A stretch of 64,000 bases of DNA from IMG/VR virus record IMGVR_UViG_3300036859_000424; one strand, written 5' to 3'. A program made the position numbers and the translations under genes. The stretch is from a virus. Position 1 is the stretch's first letter. Each line of letters begins with the position of its first letter. Below, piece after piece: positions 1-9,351 of the stretch. The notes under the pieces are model-generated. The model had not been told where the DNA came from. It searched no databases and saw only the letters and a program-made list of their open reading frames with translations.

Positions 1-114
1 GAAGTCGAGCGCTGGGGCAACCTGGGCTGGGCGTCCTGCCGCGCGATCATCGAACAGACGATCCAGGCGAAGTACGAGGAGGCCCTGTGGGGCGAGGAGG
101 CTGCTGATGGCTGA
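1..114 (+). CDS. hypothetical protein, 3' fragment (runs off window start)
   Basis: Open frame EVERWGNLG...EEAADG* whose GAGGAG serves as RBS for the ATG at 107. Confidence 0.7.
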   Translation, partial: EVERWGNLGWASCRAIIEQTIQAKYEEALWGEEAADG

Positions 115-445
115 CGGCGTCAAGCTGCCACCGAAAGGGCCGATGCCGGTCCCGCCCTACGGGACCAGGATCACGATCGAGATGCCCGGCAACACCACGA
201 CCCTGGTCCTGGGCGGCAACCCGTCCGGGCACCCGGACTACCTGATCACCCGGTGCCGGACCGGCCAGCCGGGCGCCTGGACCGTCGGGCCTGAACTGTC
301 GTTCTCGGAGGGCTGGGAGCACACCAAGGACCGCGACCAGATCGCGGCGCTGCTGGCCCGCATGATCGGCCTCGAGCTTTTTTTCTACAGCGGGTTCTGG
401 GACCCGGAAACGGAGACGTTGCCCCGTGCATGGCCCACTGACTGA
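107..445 (+). CDS. hypothetical phage protein
   Basis: RBS GAGGAG, GC3-rich codons, overlaps neighbouring genes. Confidence 0.75.
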   Translation: MADGVKLPPKGPMPVPPYGTRITIEMPGNTTTLVLGGNPSGHPDYLITRCRTGQPGAWTVGPELSFSEGWEHTKDRDQIAALLARMIGLELFFYSGFWDPETETLPRAWPTD

Positions 446-656
446 CGCCGACCCCAACCGCGAGCCGAACAACTTCCGGGTCCAGCTTCAGTGCCGGGAC
501 TTCGACATCACCCTGGACGGCCACCTGCCGTACGGGGTCGTGATCGAGGTCCGCGACTACCGCCTGGCCCACGACGCCGAACCGGGCACCACCGTTGAGG
601 ACCCGGACGGGGAGCCGCATTTCCTGTTCGCGTTCGGCGACCGGGGCTGCGACTGA
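426..656 (+). CDS. hypothetical phage protein
   Basis: Coupled ORF with GC3-rich codons. Confidence 0.7.
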   Translation: MHGPLTDADPNREPNNFRVQLQCRDFDITLDGHLPYGVVIEVRDYRLAHDAEPGTTVEDPDGEPHFLFAFGDRGCD

Positions 657-705
657 CGCCTGGCCGGGTCCCGCTGTCGTTGTGGTCATCAGGAGGACAT
701 CTGTC

Positions 706-1089
706 ATGGCACACCCGTTCCCTGGTGACCGCTTTCCCCGCTGGGCCTGGCTGACCCTGGCGGTCGGGCCAATCCTGCTGCTGATCGTCGCCTTGATCGG
801 CATCGCGATCCGCCCGGCCCCCGTCAGGGCTGGGTCCGTGACCACTGAGTCACTGACCCGCTGCGAGGTATCGATCAGCGACTACCCATCGGTCAGTATC
901 CTGGCCGATGGGACCGACGCGGCCGGCATCTGCGCGCGGTTCCGGCGGACCAGCCGGGCGACGCACTCGCCGATCCAGGACGGCTACGTCGCCTGCACCA
1001 AAAAGTTTGAGAACACCTGGGTGACCGCGTCCAGCGCGCTGCCGCTGACGTCGGCTGAGCGGGCGCGCGTCTGTAGTAGCCTGCCCTAA
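706..1089 (+). CDS. single-pass membrane protein
   Basis: RBS AGGAGG before ATG 706; hydrophobic stretch WAWLTLAVGPILLLIVALIGIAI, then a Cys-containing soluble domain. Confidence 0.75.
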   Translation: MAHPFPGDRFPRWAWLTLAVGPILLLIVALIGIAIRPAPVRAGSVTTESLTRCEVSISDYPSVSILADGTDAAGICARFRRTSRATHSPIQDGYVACTKKFENTWVTASSALPLTSAERARVCSSLP

Positions 1090-1243
1090 TCCTGACGTCG
1101 TCACGCAGTGACGATGTTCACGGTCGGCACGACCCGGCCCCTAGCTGATCGGACATCACCCGATCATCCTGGGAGCGGGCCAACCCGCCCGCTGCGCGGC
1201 GCAAATATCGCCGCTGCGCAGCGACATCCTGAGAGGAGCCACG

Positions 1244-1852
1244 ATGGTCACATTCATCGGCGCCAACGACCGTGAGACCCTGGAGGGCGCGATCGAGGCG
1301 ATCGATCGCGAGCTACGATCCGAGAGGATCAAGGCGACCCGCGCGAAGCTGTCCAGGGACCGCTACGCCGCCCTGTACGCCGTCGCGAAGCTGTCCGGGC
1401 TGCGCGACTACTTCGAGGAGGCATCCAAGAACGGCCCGACCCCGACCCCGGCCCAAATCGCGGCGCTCCGGGTCACGATCCCGGACGACTCCCGCCGCCA
1501 ACTGCTAAAGGAGAAGCTGCACCAGTTGTGCATGGACGCCGGGGTCACCGTCTGGCTGGAAAACGACAACGCCGGCGGCGCCGAGCCGGATGCCTTCAAA
1601 TTCAAGATAAATACCGGCACCTGGTCACGGCCGTACGACACCGAAGCGGCGATGCTGGAGCAGGCGATCGATGACCTGACCCCGCCCGACCCGATGGAGG
1701 ACGGTGACGTCTATCGAGACGGGGGCTGGGAGGACCGGGACGGCTTCCCGGTCCCGACCACCACGGCGCCCGACTGTGACCGGACCTGTCTGTCCTGCCA
1801 GGGCGGCGATCACGGCGCCTGCGGGATGGGCTGTCATATCGAGGGGTTCTGA
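1244..1852 (+). CDS. hypothetical protein with Cys-rich C-terminus
   Basis: Preceded by CCTGAGAGGAG; ends CDRTCLSCQGGDHGACGMGCH. Confidence 0.8.
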   Translation: MVTFIGANDRETLEGAIEAIDRELRSERIKATRAKLSRDRYAALYAVAKLSGLRDYFEEASKNGPTPTPAQIAALRVTIPDDSRRQLLKEKLHQLCMDAGVTVWLENDNAGGAEPDAFKFKINTGTWSRPYDTEAAMLEQAIDDLTPPDPMEDGDVYRDGGWEDRDGFPVPTTTAPDCDRTCLSCQGGDHGACGMGCHIEGF

Positions 1853-2025
1853 TGGACGACCAGACCCGGCAGACCCTGCCGTGCGGCCACTGGACCCACC
1901 GCCTGCCCTTGTGGCACCTGCCGCCAGACGACTGCCTGACGAAGCGGCGACGCGATCGGGCGCAGCAGGTCGCCATCCAGGAAGCCTACGACGCCCAGCG
2001 GGGCGAACAGGAGGAGCGATCGTGA
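1852..2025 (+). CDS. small hypothetical protein (57 aa)
   Basis: TGATG coupling to upstream gene and GTGA coupling to downstream gene; not in ORF track. Confidence 0.6.
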   Translation: MDDQTRQTLPCGHWTHRLPLWHLPPDDCLTKRRRDRAQQVAIQEAYDAQRGEQEERS

Positions 2026-2225
2026 CCGGCCTGGGCAAGACCGTCGACCAGATGGATACCGACGACCTGCTGACGATCGCCCTGGCCTGGCTGGCCAACG
2101 TCCAGCGCCAGGATCGGGAGCGGTACCTGGACGCGATGCCGAACAACGTGCCGGGCCTGGGGGCGATGATCGAACGGCGCGACCAGATCCGCCGCGCCCA
2201 GGAACAAGCCGCCACCGTCACCTGA
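2022..2225 (+). CDS. small hypothetical protein
   Basis: GTG start after GAGGAG; stop lies inside CCTGAGAGGAG. Confidence 0.7.
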   Translation: MTGLGKTVDQMDTDDLLTIALAWLANVQRQDRERYLDAMPNNVPGLGAMIERRDQIRRAQEQAATVT

Positions 2226-2237
2226 GAGGAGCACCTG

Positions 2238-2537
2238 ATGGCCGACCGCTACCGCATCCACATCCTCCGGGTCGCCGACGAGACCTGGGAGATAGCCGAC
2301 GCCGGCGACGACCTGGAGTCGGCCCGCGCCCAGGTGGGCCGGATCGCTGACGACCTGCTGGACAAGGACGACGGGCTTGAAGCGCACCCGTCGGTCCCAA
2401 CGTTCATGGCCCGGCCCGGCGCCCGCCAGATCGGGATCTCTCGCGAGGACCCGCTGGCCCCGGAGATCGTGATCCGGCTGCTGGACACCACCCTCCACCA
2501 CTGCCCGACCTGCACCTGCGCCATGCTGGCGCGGTAG
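2238..2537 (+). CDS. hypothetical protein with C-terminal HHCPTCTC motif
   Basis: Preceded by CCTGAGAGGAG. Confidence 0.75.
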   Translation: MADRYRIHILRVADETWEIADAGDDLESARAQVGRIADDLLDKDDGLEAHPSVPTFMARPGARQIGISREDPLAPEIVIRLLDTTLHHCPTCTCAMLAR

Positions 2538-2613
2538 TCAGACCCGGCCCTGGCCGCCCGACATCACCGGACAGCCTGGGCCACCGGACCCCGCTGGTCG
2601 ACCTGAGAGGAGC

Positions 2614-2799
2614 ATGCCCGTGGAAGACGCTGCCGTGCGTCACCTGGAGCCGGTGGTCACCGTCCACTGCGCCCACTGCGAGGGGGCGCGCCCCCACACC
2701 CTGATTGACACCGTCGCCGGAGTCACCTTCCGTTGTACCTTCTGTGCAGTGACGACGACGCTGTACAGCCTGGAGGGGCAGCGTGGCCCGGAAAGCTAA
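2614..2799 (+). CDS. small zinc-ribbon protein
   Basis: CxxC pairs HCAHC and RCTFC; preceded by CCTGAGAGGAG. Confidence 0.7.
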   Translation: MPVEDAAVRHLEPVVTVHCAHCEGARPHTLIDTVAGVTFRCTFCAVTTTLYSLEGQRGPES

Positions 2800-3184
2800 G
2801 ACTGGCGCCGAACAGCTTGACCTGTTCGCGGCCGATCCAACCCCGATTGCGCTACGCCCGGAGGACCGGGCGCCGACCTGGGAAGAGATGCGCGAGCGTG
2901 GCCGCGTCCACCTACGGCAGATGACTGAACTGGCCCGCACCCGGGGCCAGCGGCGCCGTGAACGGATCGCGGCGGGCCTGGAGCAGCCGTGGACGCCGCC
3001 GACGTTCTGGATCAAGGACCGGCCCAAACGTCAACCGCCGAAAACCGCCGAAAATTCGCTAACGGCGATGAATCCCGGGGAAACCCGGGCAATTCCGGGC
3101 AATTCCGGGGACCCCCCACAGCCGGCCCGACTGCTCGCCGTTGACACCAAACCTGACACCCGGGTACGCTGGTGGCAGGGCTGA
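2783..3184 (+). CDS. hypothetical protein
   Basis: Overlapping ORF, plausible N-terminus MARKAKTGAEQLDLF. Confidence 0.6.
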   Translation: MARKAKTGAEQLDLFAADPTPIALRPEDRAPTWEEMRERGRVHLRQMTELARTRGQRRRERIAAGLEQPWTPPTFWIKDRPKRQPPKTAENSLTAMNPGETRAIPGNSGDPPQPARLLAVDTKPDTRVRWWQG

Positions 3185-3227
3185 CATCACCAGTTCGACC
3201 GTGAGTCGCTGAGAGGAGCAAGACACG

Positions 3228-3479
3228 ATGGCGACGACACCCCCCAGCGGGGCGCCGGTCAGTCCGGCTGCCACCCTGCACGACCACCGGACGGCGCTGA
3301 TGGCGCTGGCCGGCTTCTCCCGCAAGCTTGCCGAGAGCTTCGGGTCCCCGGTTGGCCGGGGCGATCAAGAGCGGTTCGAGATGGCGTTGCGACACGTTGC
3401 CGAGACCCGCGCCGCGTACGATGCAGCCGTCAACCTGATGATCCTGGACCAGGCCGGCAGATCTGACCGGAGCAACTGA
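3228..3479 (+). CDS. hypothetical protein
   Basis: Preceded by GCTGAGAGGAG; TGATG coupling to next gene. Confidence 0.7.
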   Translation: MATTPPSGAPVSPAATLHDHRTALMALAGFSRKLAESFGSPVGRGDQERFEMALRHVAETRAAYDAAVNLMILDQAGRSDRSN

Positions 3480-4036
3480 TGCTCGGCAACGGCGTCGGCA
3501 CGATGGGCCTGTTCCGAGACCGGCCCGACGTCGCCATCGAATACTTCAGCTACAGCGTATGGGACTGGGACGGCATCCAGTACCACTGGGACGTGACCGC
3601 CGCCCAGAAGCTGGCCAATCAGGCGATACGCGCGCAGAGCTGGGGTCGGTTCTCGGTTGAGGATACGTCGCAGTTGTACGCGATGCTGCTGGACGGGGCC
3701 GCTGAAGTCGACCCGGCGTACGCGCTGTCCCCGGAGATCAACCTGACCCTGCCGCTGATCGCGGTCCCGCTACCGTTCCCGAAGCTACCGGACGGCCGGC
3801 GCCAGCACGTCTTGATCGACGGCTGGCACCGGGTCTACCGCGCCCAGCATGAACAGATCCCGGAGCTGGTCCTGTTCCTGTTGAACGAGGCCGAGGAGCA
3901 GGCTGTGCGGCTGCGTCCGTCGACCCCCGATCTTGTCACCCAGGTGATGGGTATCCGGGCCGAACGGAAGCGCGCCGGCTGGCCCTGGCCGTACGACGCC
4001 CCACCACGGGATGGAGGTGCAGCCCAACCAACCTAG
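3479..4036 (+). CDS. stand-alone ParB/Srx-like domain protein
   Basis: PLIAVP...VLIDGWHRVYRA matches the ParB N-terminal DGxHR motif. Confidence 0.65.
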   Translation: MLGNGVGTMGLFRDRPDVAIEYFSYSVWDWDGIQYHWDVTAAQKLANQAIRAQSWGRFSVEDTSQLYAMLLDGAAEVDPAYALSPEINLTLPLIAVPLPFPKLPDGRRQHVLIDGWHRVYRAQHEQIPELVLFLLNEAEEQAVRLRPSTPDLVTQVMGIRAERKRAGWPWPYDAPPRDGGAAQPT

Positions 4037-4152
4037 GCACGCACACCTGCGCGTTTTTCCACATACCCTGAGAGGAACCCCGGCATGTGTGACAACCCCC
4101 CTGTCACCGGCGCCCGGGGCCGGGTCCTGCTGTTGACAGTAGGCCCGGTCTG

Positions 4153-4503
4153 ATGGTGCGCCCATACGACGGTAACGACACCCTCCAGGACGGCCCTTGT
4201 GGCCAGTTCGACCCCCTGGTCGACCCGGCAATTGTCGGTGTCGCCGGCCCTGATCGACCCGACCTGCGCTGCTGCTGTGGCTGGGAGTGGATGTTCCACG
4301 CCAGCGACGCGGACGGCCCGACCCCGGAACAACGGGGCGCCCTGGTGCAGGACCCGGCGACCAGTACTGCCCACGCGATGATCCTGGTCGCGCTGGCTGC
4401 CGACACCGGCCTAGACGACCTGATCGCGATGCTGGCCCAGGACAACCGGCTACTGGCGATCGGACGACACGCCGACGACGCCGCCCTGGAGGACCCTGCC
4501 TGA
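4153..4503 (+). CDS. hypothetical protein
   Basis: Coupled by TGATG to a 22-codon upstream ORF (4085-4153) and to the next gene. Confidence 0.65.
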   Translation: MVRPYDGNDTLQDGPCGQFDPLVDPAIVGVAGPDRPDLRCCCGWEWMFHASDADGPTPEQRGALVQDPATSTAHAMILVALAADTGLDDLIAMLAQDNRLLAIGRHADDAALEDPA

Positions 4504-4868
4504 TGAAAGTCATCGTCTGCGTCGGCACCCAGCCGCCCCAGATCTGCGAGATCGAACGGCTGACCCCGACCAACCGCATCCGCTGGGCCGACGGCCAGGG
4601 GCCGATCGGCAAGGTCTGGCACAGCGACAAACCCAAGCCGGTCTACACCAATCAGACCTACTTCCAGGTCTCCGACACCATCTTCCCCTACAGCGACGAC
4701 AACCTGTTGAAGCTGATTGAGCGCCAGGCGACCTGGGCGCTGGCTGAACAGGCCATGCGCGACGCCCGACTGGCGTACGAGACAACCCGGGCAGACGCCA
4801 ACAGCCGGGCCGGGGTCGGCAAGCTGGAGCTGAAGGCGATCCAGGAGGCGACGAACCGTGGGACGTGA
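4503..4868 (+). CDS. hypothetical protein
   Basis: TGATG coupling; starts MKVIVCVGTQ. Confidence 0.7.
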   Translation: MKVIVCVGTQPPQICEIERLTPTNRIRWADGQGPIGKVWHSDKPKPVYTNQTYFQVSDTIFPYSDDNLLKLIERQATWALAEQAMRDARLAYETTRADANSRAGVGKLELKAIQEATNRGT

Positions 4869-5505
4869 CGCACGCATAAAGCGCCAGCGGCGGGCGGCCC
4901 AGGACGTCCCCGGGCCGCCGGCTGACATCGTCCGGGACGTCCCGCCCCACGTCAGGCAGACACTGGCCCAGTCGATGCGCCAGTGGTTCGACCCCAGCCC
5001 GACACCACCGCCCTGGACGACTTTTGAGATTAGCGTTGAAAACCGGTACGCGGGAGGGCGGACCCGGGAGCAGGCGATCGATGAGCTGGTCGAGAAGACC
5101 GGCTTGTCGCGCGAGCACTGCGAGCAGGCGATTGCCGACCTGGCGGCCGAGACGATCTACGTCAACAGCCGGTACCAGGTCAACGTCAGGCGGCAGGACC
5201 CGGCTGAAGGGTCGGGCGCGCCGCCGCTGGTGCACCTGTCGATCAAGTGCATCTGGAACGGCAAGCGGCCCCCCGGCCCGGAGCGGTTCCGGGACTTCCA
5301 ACGGATCAAAAATGAGCTGGTCGGGCCGGAGTGCGAGGCGACTGAAGTCTACCCCGCGGAGTCTCGGCTCGTAGACACCAGTAACCAGTTCCACCTCTGG
5401 GTCTTCGATGACCCCACCTTCCGGATCCCGTGGGGCTTCGGGTCGCGGCTGGTGACCGACATCCAGATCCTGGACAGCGTCCAGCAGCCGTTTGAGGGGG
5501 GCTGA
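4858..5505 (+). CDS. conserved phage protein (HLSI...FQRIKNELVG...YP...HLW family; DUF7694-like from memory)
   Basis: Motif LVHLSIK...RDFQRIKNELVGPECEATEVYPAESRLVDTSNQFHLW. Confidence 0.65.
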   Translation: MGRDARIKRQRRAAQDVPGPPADIVRDVPPHVRQTLAQSMRQWFDPSPTPPPWTTFEISVENRYAGGRTREQAIDELVEKTGLSREHCEQAIADLAAETIYVNSRYQVNVRRQDPAEGSGAPPLVHLSIKCIWNGKRPPGPERFRDFQRIKNELVGPECEATEVYPAESRLVDTSNQFHLWVFDDPTFRIPWGFGSRLVTDIQILDSVQQPFEGG

Positions 5506-5507
5506 CC

Positions 5508-5825
5508 GTGGCGATAGTGCCCGAACTGACCGACGACGAACGGCCGGTCTTCATTGCCTGGGCGCGGTCGCGCACGCAGTTCATCCCGCGCATGGCGGAC
5601 GGTCAGGACATCGGCCGTAGGTCAATCCAGCGAGAATCGCTGGACCTGATCGGTGGAACGATCACCATCCGCCGGGTGGTCCAGTCGGTGGACGAGCTGG
5701 TCGACCGCTGGCGATCCCTGGGGCGCCCCGACGCCCCGATCCATAACCGACGGGCGCCCGGCCTGCCCATCTATCGTGGGGGCACCGGGCGGATCGGCCA
5801 GGGAAGGAGGCGACGCGAGACCTGA
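5508..5825 (+). CDS. hypothetical protein
   Basis: Coupled ORF. Confidence 0.65.
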   Translation: MAIVPELTDDERPVFIAWARSRTQFIPRMADGQDIGRRSIQRESLDLIGGTITIRRVVQSVDELVDRWRSLGRPDAPIHNRRAPGLPIYRGGTGRIGQGRRRRET

Positions 5826-6397
5826 TGACCACGAAAGCCCAGTTCAAGCGCGTCAAGGAGAGCCTGGAGCGCGAGCGGCTACGCCTGAGAGGCGAGGCGC
5901 TGACGCTGGAGAAGCGGCAGCGCGAGATGCGACAGGAGCGCGTCGACGCGATCGCCTATCTGCGGCTGCTGTGCGGCCAGTACGGCGACAACGACTGGCC
6001 CGACACCATGCCACTGGTCGAGATCCTCCAGGTCCACCTGGCCCACCGTCTCCAGGTCGACCTGTCCAGGATCAGCCGGCGGCTGGCCCAGCTTCAAGCT
6101 GAAGTCGAACGGCTCCGGCAGGCCCCGGAGCAGTCGCAGGACCCCCTGCGGGGCGCGACCATCGCAAGCGACGTCCCGGACACGGTCCGGGACGTCCCCC
6201 GCCCGACGCCGGCGTCGGGCGGTCCCGCCCCCCGCGACGTCCCGGGCCACCAGACCCTGCCGGTCGTATCTACGGGCGGGAAGTGGACCGGGACCTGTAG
6301 CTGCGGCTGGCGCCAGTTCGGCCTGCCCAACAAGGAGGCGGCCCAACTGGCCGGCGACGTCCACGCGTCCCGGATGCTGCCGCTGACCGCGACATGA
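5825..6397 (+). CDS. coiled-coil protein with C-terminal CxCGW zinc motif
   Basis: Helical charged N-half; HQT...WTGTCSCGW...H. Confidence 0.7.
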   Translation: MTTKAQFKRVKESLERERLRLRGEALTLEKRQREMRQERVDAIAYLRLLCGQYGDNDWPDTMPLVEILQVHLAHRLQVDLSRISRRLAQLQAEVERLRQAPEQSQDPLRGATIASDVPDTVRDVPRPTPASGGPAPRDVPGHQTLPVVSTGGKWTGTCSCGWRQFGLPNKEAAQLAGDVHASRMLPLTAT

Positions 6398-6906
6398 TGG
6401 ACATCCACCAGACGCTACGCCACTACCTGGAAGCGATGGTCGAGGCGATCCCGGCCCTGATGGGTCCCACGCCGCGACCCCAGCGCTACCGATCGTATGA
6501 GCACCTGGTCTACGACCTGGGGCAGCCCTGGGTGTCCGCCCCGCTGCCCCCGTTCGTGGTCCCCGGCCCGATGCGCTACTGCTATCAGAACACCCTGGAT
6601 TTGCTGCGCCAGGTGCGCGAAACGTCTGATCTGCCCCTACGCTACGTTGAGGGGTACGCGATCGCGGCGATCGGCGACTTCCAGGGTATCCCCTGCCAGC
6701 ACGCCTGGCTGATCGACCCGGCCGGCCAGATCTGGGACCGGACCTGGCCGGAGCCGGAGCGGTCGGCGTACTGGGGCATCGTGTTCGACAGGGACGAGGT
6801 CGAGCGGTTCGACTACCTGGGTCCCGACTACCTGGGCATCCTGGCCAGTGAATACCTGCTTTCGTTCCCATTGCTCCGCACAGGAAAGCTGTTCCCAGAT
6901 GGATAG
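6394..6906 (+). CDS. putative papain/transglutaminase-like Cys-His-Asp protein
   Basis: CYQNT...YVEGYA...PCQHAWLID...WDRTW. Confidence 0.6.
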   Translation: MMDIHQTLRHYLEAMVEAIPALMGPTPRPQRYRSYEHLVYDLGQPWVSAPLPPFVVPGPMRYCYQNTLDLLRQVRETSDLPLRYVEGYAIAAIGDFQGIPCQHAWLIDPAGQIWDRTWPEPERSAYWGIVFDRDEVERFDYLGPDYLGILASEYLLSFPLLRTGKLFPDG

Positions 6907-7357
6907 CCCGGCTGCTGACTGGCGATCCATGCCGTGCGAGGAGTGGGTCGGCCCGGTCTTCCAGGACACCGGCTACGGCCGGGTCCGCACGCGCCTGGGG
7001 GACCGCACCGCCCATTCCTACACGTGGGAGGAGTGCTTCGGCCCTATCGAGGACGGCCTGGTCATCGCCCACCACTGCGATAACCGCCCCTGCCGTCAGC
7101 CACTACACCTGTTCAAGACGACGAAAGCGGGCAACAACCGTGACATGGCCGCGAAGGGGCGGCATTTCAAGCAGCAGAACACCCACTGTCCCAACGACCA
7201 CCCGTTCGATACTGGGAACACTCGTACCGGCGATGGCTATCGCCGCTGTCGACAGTGCATGACCGACAAGCAGCAGCGATACCGCGCCCGGAAACGATCG
7301 CTGCTGCGGACTGGCCAGCTATTCCCACCAATCACGGAGGAGATCACGCACGCATGA
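6899..7357 (+). CDS. HNH endonuclease (HNH_3 type), putative homing endonuclease 1
   Basis: GYG...HHCDNRPCRQPLHL...NNRDM plus C-terminal THCPNDHPF...RRCRQC zinc module. Confidence 0.9.
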   Translation: MDSPAADWRSMPCEEWVGPVFQDTGYGRVRTRLGDRTAHSYTWEECFGPIEDGLVIAHHCDNRPCRQPLHLFKTTKAGNNRDMAAKGRHFKQQNTHCPNDHPFDTGNTRTGDGYRRCRQCMTDKQQRYRARKRSLLRTGQLFPPITEEITHA

Positions 7358-7689
7358 CCGACGACATGAACCGCCCGGTACAGCTTCTCATTTGAGCGTC
7401 GGGCGTCATAACCTGGCGGTCGCCGGGTCAGACCCTGATCAAAGGCTTCCCGGGCCTGCCGGTGTTCAGCGTGAACACCGAGCACCAGGCCCAGCAAGCC
7501 CAGGTCACCTTCGGCCAGTACGGCTGCGTCCAGGGGGTGTACCTGTACAAGTGGACCGAGTTTCCGACCGGCGACGTTGGCGCCCTGGGGATGGTCACCA
7601 GGACCCTGCGGGACTGGTGGGCAACGAACTACGGGCACGAACCGGACGCGCCGATCGTGTACCCGCCCCGCCGACGGCGGCGGCCCTGA
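7354..7689 (+). pseudogene. phage protein interrupted by an in-frame TGA at 7393-7395
   Basis: ATGA-coupled start with GGAGG RBS; frame reads MTDDMNRPVQLLI*ASGVITWR...LPVFSVNTE to a stop inside CCTGAGAGGAG. Confidence 0.6.
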
Positions 7690-7699
7690 GAGGAGCGAT

Positions 7700-8203
7700 G
7701 TGACCGCCCCCTACCGGAGCTTCTACACCCGCACGTCTTCTGTCACCTGTTCCCCCTGCATCCGCCGATCGCGATCGACCGGCGGCTACAAGGCCGATCT
7801 GCTGTTCTGGGTCCGGGGCCGGATCGGGATCGACGGCGGCCACCTGGTTTACCAGACCCACGTCGACCCCGATCAGACCATCCTGCTGTGCCAGGCCCGC
7901 CAGAAGGCGCTGACCGAAACGACGGCTGAGCACATGGCGGTCGGCCCGGTCGGCCACATGCTGTCCTGGAACGTGTTCCGGGAGGAGGACGGCTGCGAGA
8001 TCGACAGCGACATGAATCCGGCCGGGTCCTGGCTGGTCAACCGGTTCGAGACCGCCGACGGCCCCCGCTGGGCGATCCAGCGGCCCTGGGACACCACACT
8101 GAACACCGACGACGGGCGGGTCTACCTGACCGAGATCGAAGCGATCGCCGACGCGGTCGCCGGGATGGTCTCAAGCGCCCTGTCCGGCGACGAACAGGGC
8201 TGA
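7700..8203 (+). CDS. hypothetical protein
   Basis: GTG start 4 nt after CCTGAGAGGAG. Confidence 0.75.
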   Translation: MTAPYRSFYTRTSSVTCSPCIRRSRSTGGYKADLLFWVRGRIGIDGGHLVYQTHVDPDQTILLCQARQKALTETTAEHMAVGPVGHMLSWNVFREEDGCEIDSDMNPAGSWLVNRFETADGPRWAIQRPWDTTLNTDDGRVYLTEIEAIADAVAGMVSSALSGDEQG

Positions 8204-8230
8204 CCCCCACACCTGAGAGGAGCAGTCGAG

Positions 8231-8683
8231 ATGGCGTTCAATGATCGTGGGCATCACTTCATTCGGGTCACCAACGTGGTCTACCCACTGACACCCAGCA
8301 ACGGCTACGCAGCCGATCACACGATCCAGGTCTACGGACCGTTGGGGTACAGCGTCGATCTGAAGGCGACCGTCGTCAGCTATCACGGCGCCAGGAACGA
8401 CGCCGGCGTCATCGCCGCCGCCCTCAGCCAGTGCCCGGTCGATGAGATCGAAACCGACAACCGCTACTACTACCGCACGGATCGGCGCGCGTCGACCCCT
8501 AGTGGCGACTATGGCGTCCGGTTCACCCCATCCTGCCAGATCTCGCGCCGCCAGTACGAGGCCCTGCTGAACCATACCGCCGACCACACGGACATCTTGC
8601 TGGAGATTGAGCGAGCGCTGGCGTCTCCATCCGTGCGAATCACCACCGAGGCCATAGACGAGCAGCAGGCGCCCGCCGAGTGA
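8231..8683 (+). CDS. hypothetical protein
   Basis: Preceded by CCTGAGAGGAG. Confidence 0.75.
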   Translation: MAFNDRGHHFIRVTNVVYPLTPSNGYAADHTIQVYGPLGYSVDLKATVVSYHGARNDAGVIAAALSQCPVDEIETDNRYYYRTDRRASTPSGDYGVRFTPSCQISRRQYEALLNHTADHTDILLEIERALASPSVRITTEAIDEQQAPAE

Positions 8684-8725
8684 TCGACTTATGCACCGAG
8701 AAGACGGCCGTAACCCGGAGCAAGG

Positions 8726-9103
8726 ATGAACCGCCATCAGAACAATCTACGATCCAGCGGCAATCCGCGATGGGACTACCGGGTCTGGTGGAGCAAGTGG
8801 TGGGGGCAGCGTCGTTGCCCGTCCTGCTGGCTCTGGTTCCACGGGTCATACGAGTTTCGACCCAGGGCCGGCGGCACCGTTCACACTCCCGTAACCTGGC
8901 GGCACATCTGCCTGTGGCCGCCCCATGTTCCCTACCGCACCCGGATCAAGCCTGAGCCACCACTGAGAGTGGCAGGGCGGGCGGGACACCAGAACCGAGA
9001 CTACATCGTCATGCCGCCGGAGCATCCATTCTGGACTCGCCATAAGCGTCACAAGCGTAACGACCAGCGCCAGAAGCGCAAGGCTCGCAAGGCGTGGCGT
9101 TGA
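8726..9103 (+). CDS. Trp/Arg-rich basic hypothetical protein
   Basis: GGAG RBS; CPSC motif and very basic C-terminus; competing frame 8680-8955 exists. Confidence 0.5.
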   Translation: MNRHQNNLRSSGNPRWDYRVWWSKWWGQRRCPSCWLWFHGSYEFRPRAGGTVHTPVTWRHICLWPPHVPYRTRIKPEPPLRVAGRAGHQNRDYIVMPPEHPFWTRHKRHKRNDQRQKRKARKAWR

Positions 9104-9150
9104 GAGCCCGACCGCTGCACGCTTTCTGTCACGCACCCTGAGAGGAGCCC

Positions 9151-9351
9151 GTGATGCCACACCCTGACCACTACCGCGACATGCCGCCCACCGACGATCG
9201 GGCGCTGTACCACGAAACGCTGACCCGGGCCGAGAACGAACTGGCCGCCGCCTACGACCAGGCCCGGCGCCTGGGGCCGGCCTACGCCGGCGACGTCGCC
9301 CGTCTCCAGGAGATGATCGCGACCCTGCACCCGATGCGGAGGACCGCCTGA
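9151..9351 (+). CDS. small hypothetical protein
   Basis: Preceded by CCTGAGAGGAG; TGATG coupling. Confidence 0.7.
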   Translation: MMPHPDHYRDMPPTDDRALYHETLTRAENELAAAYDQARRLGPAYAGDVARLQEMIATLHPMRRTA

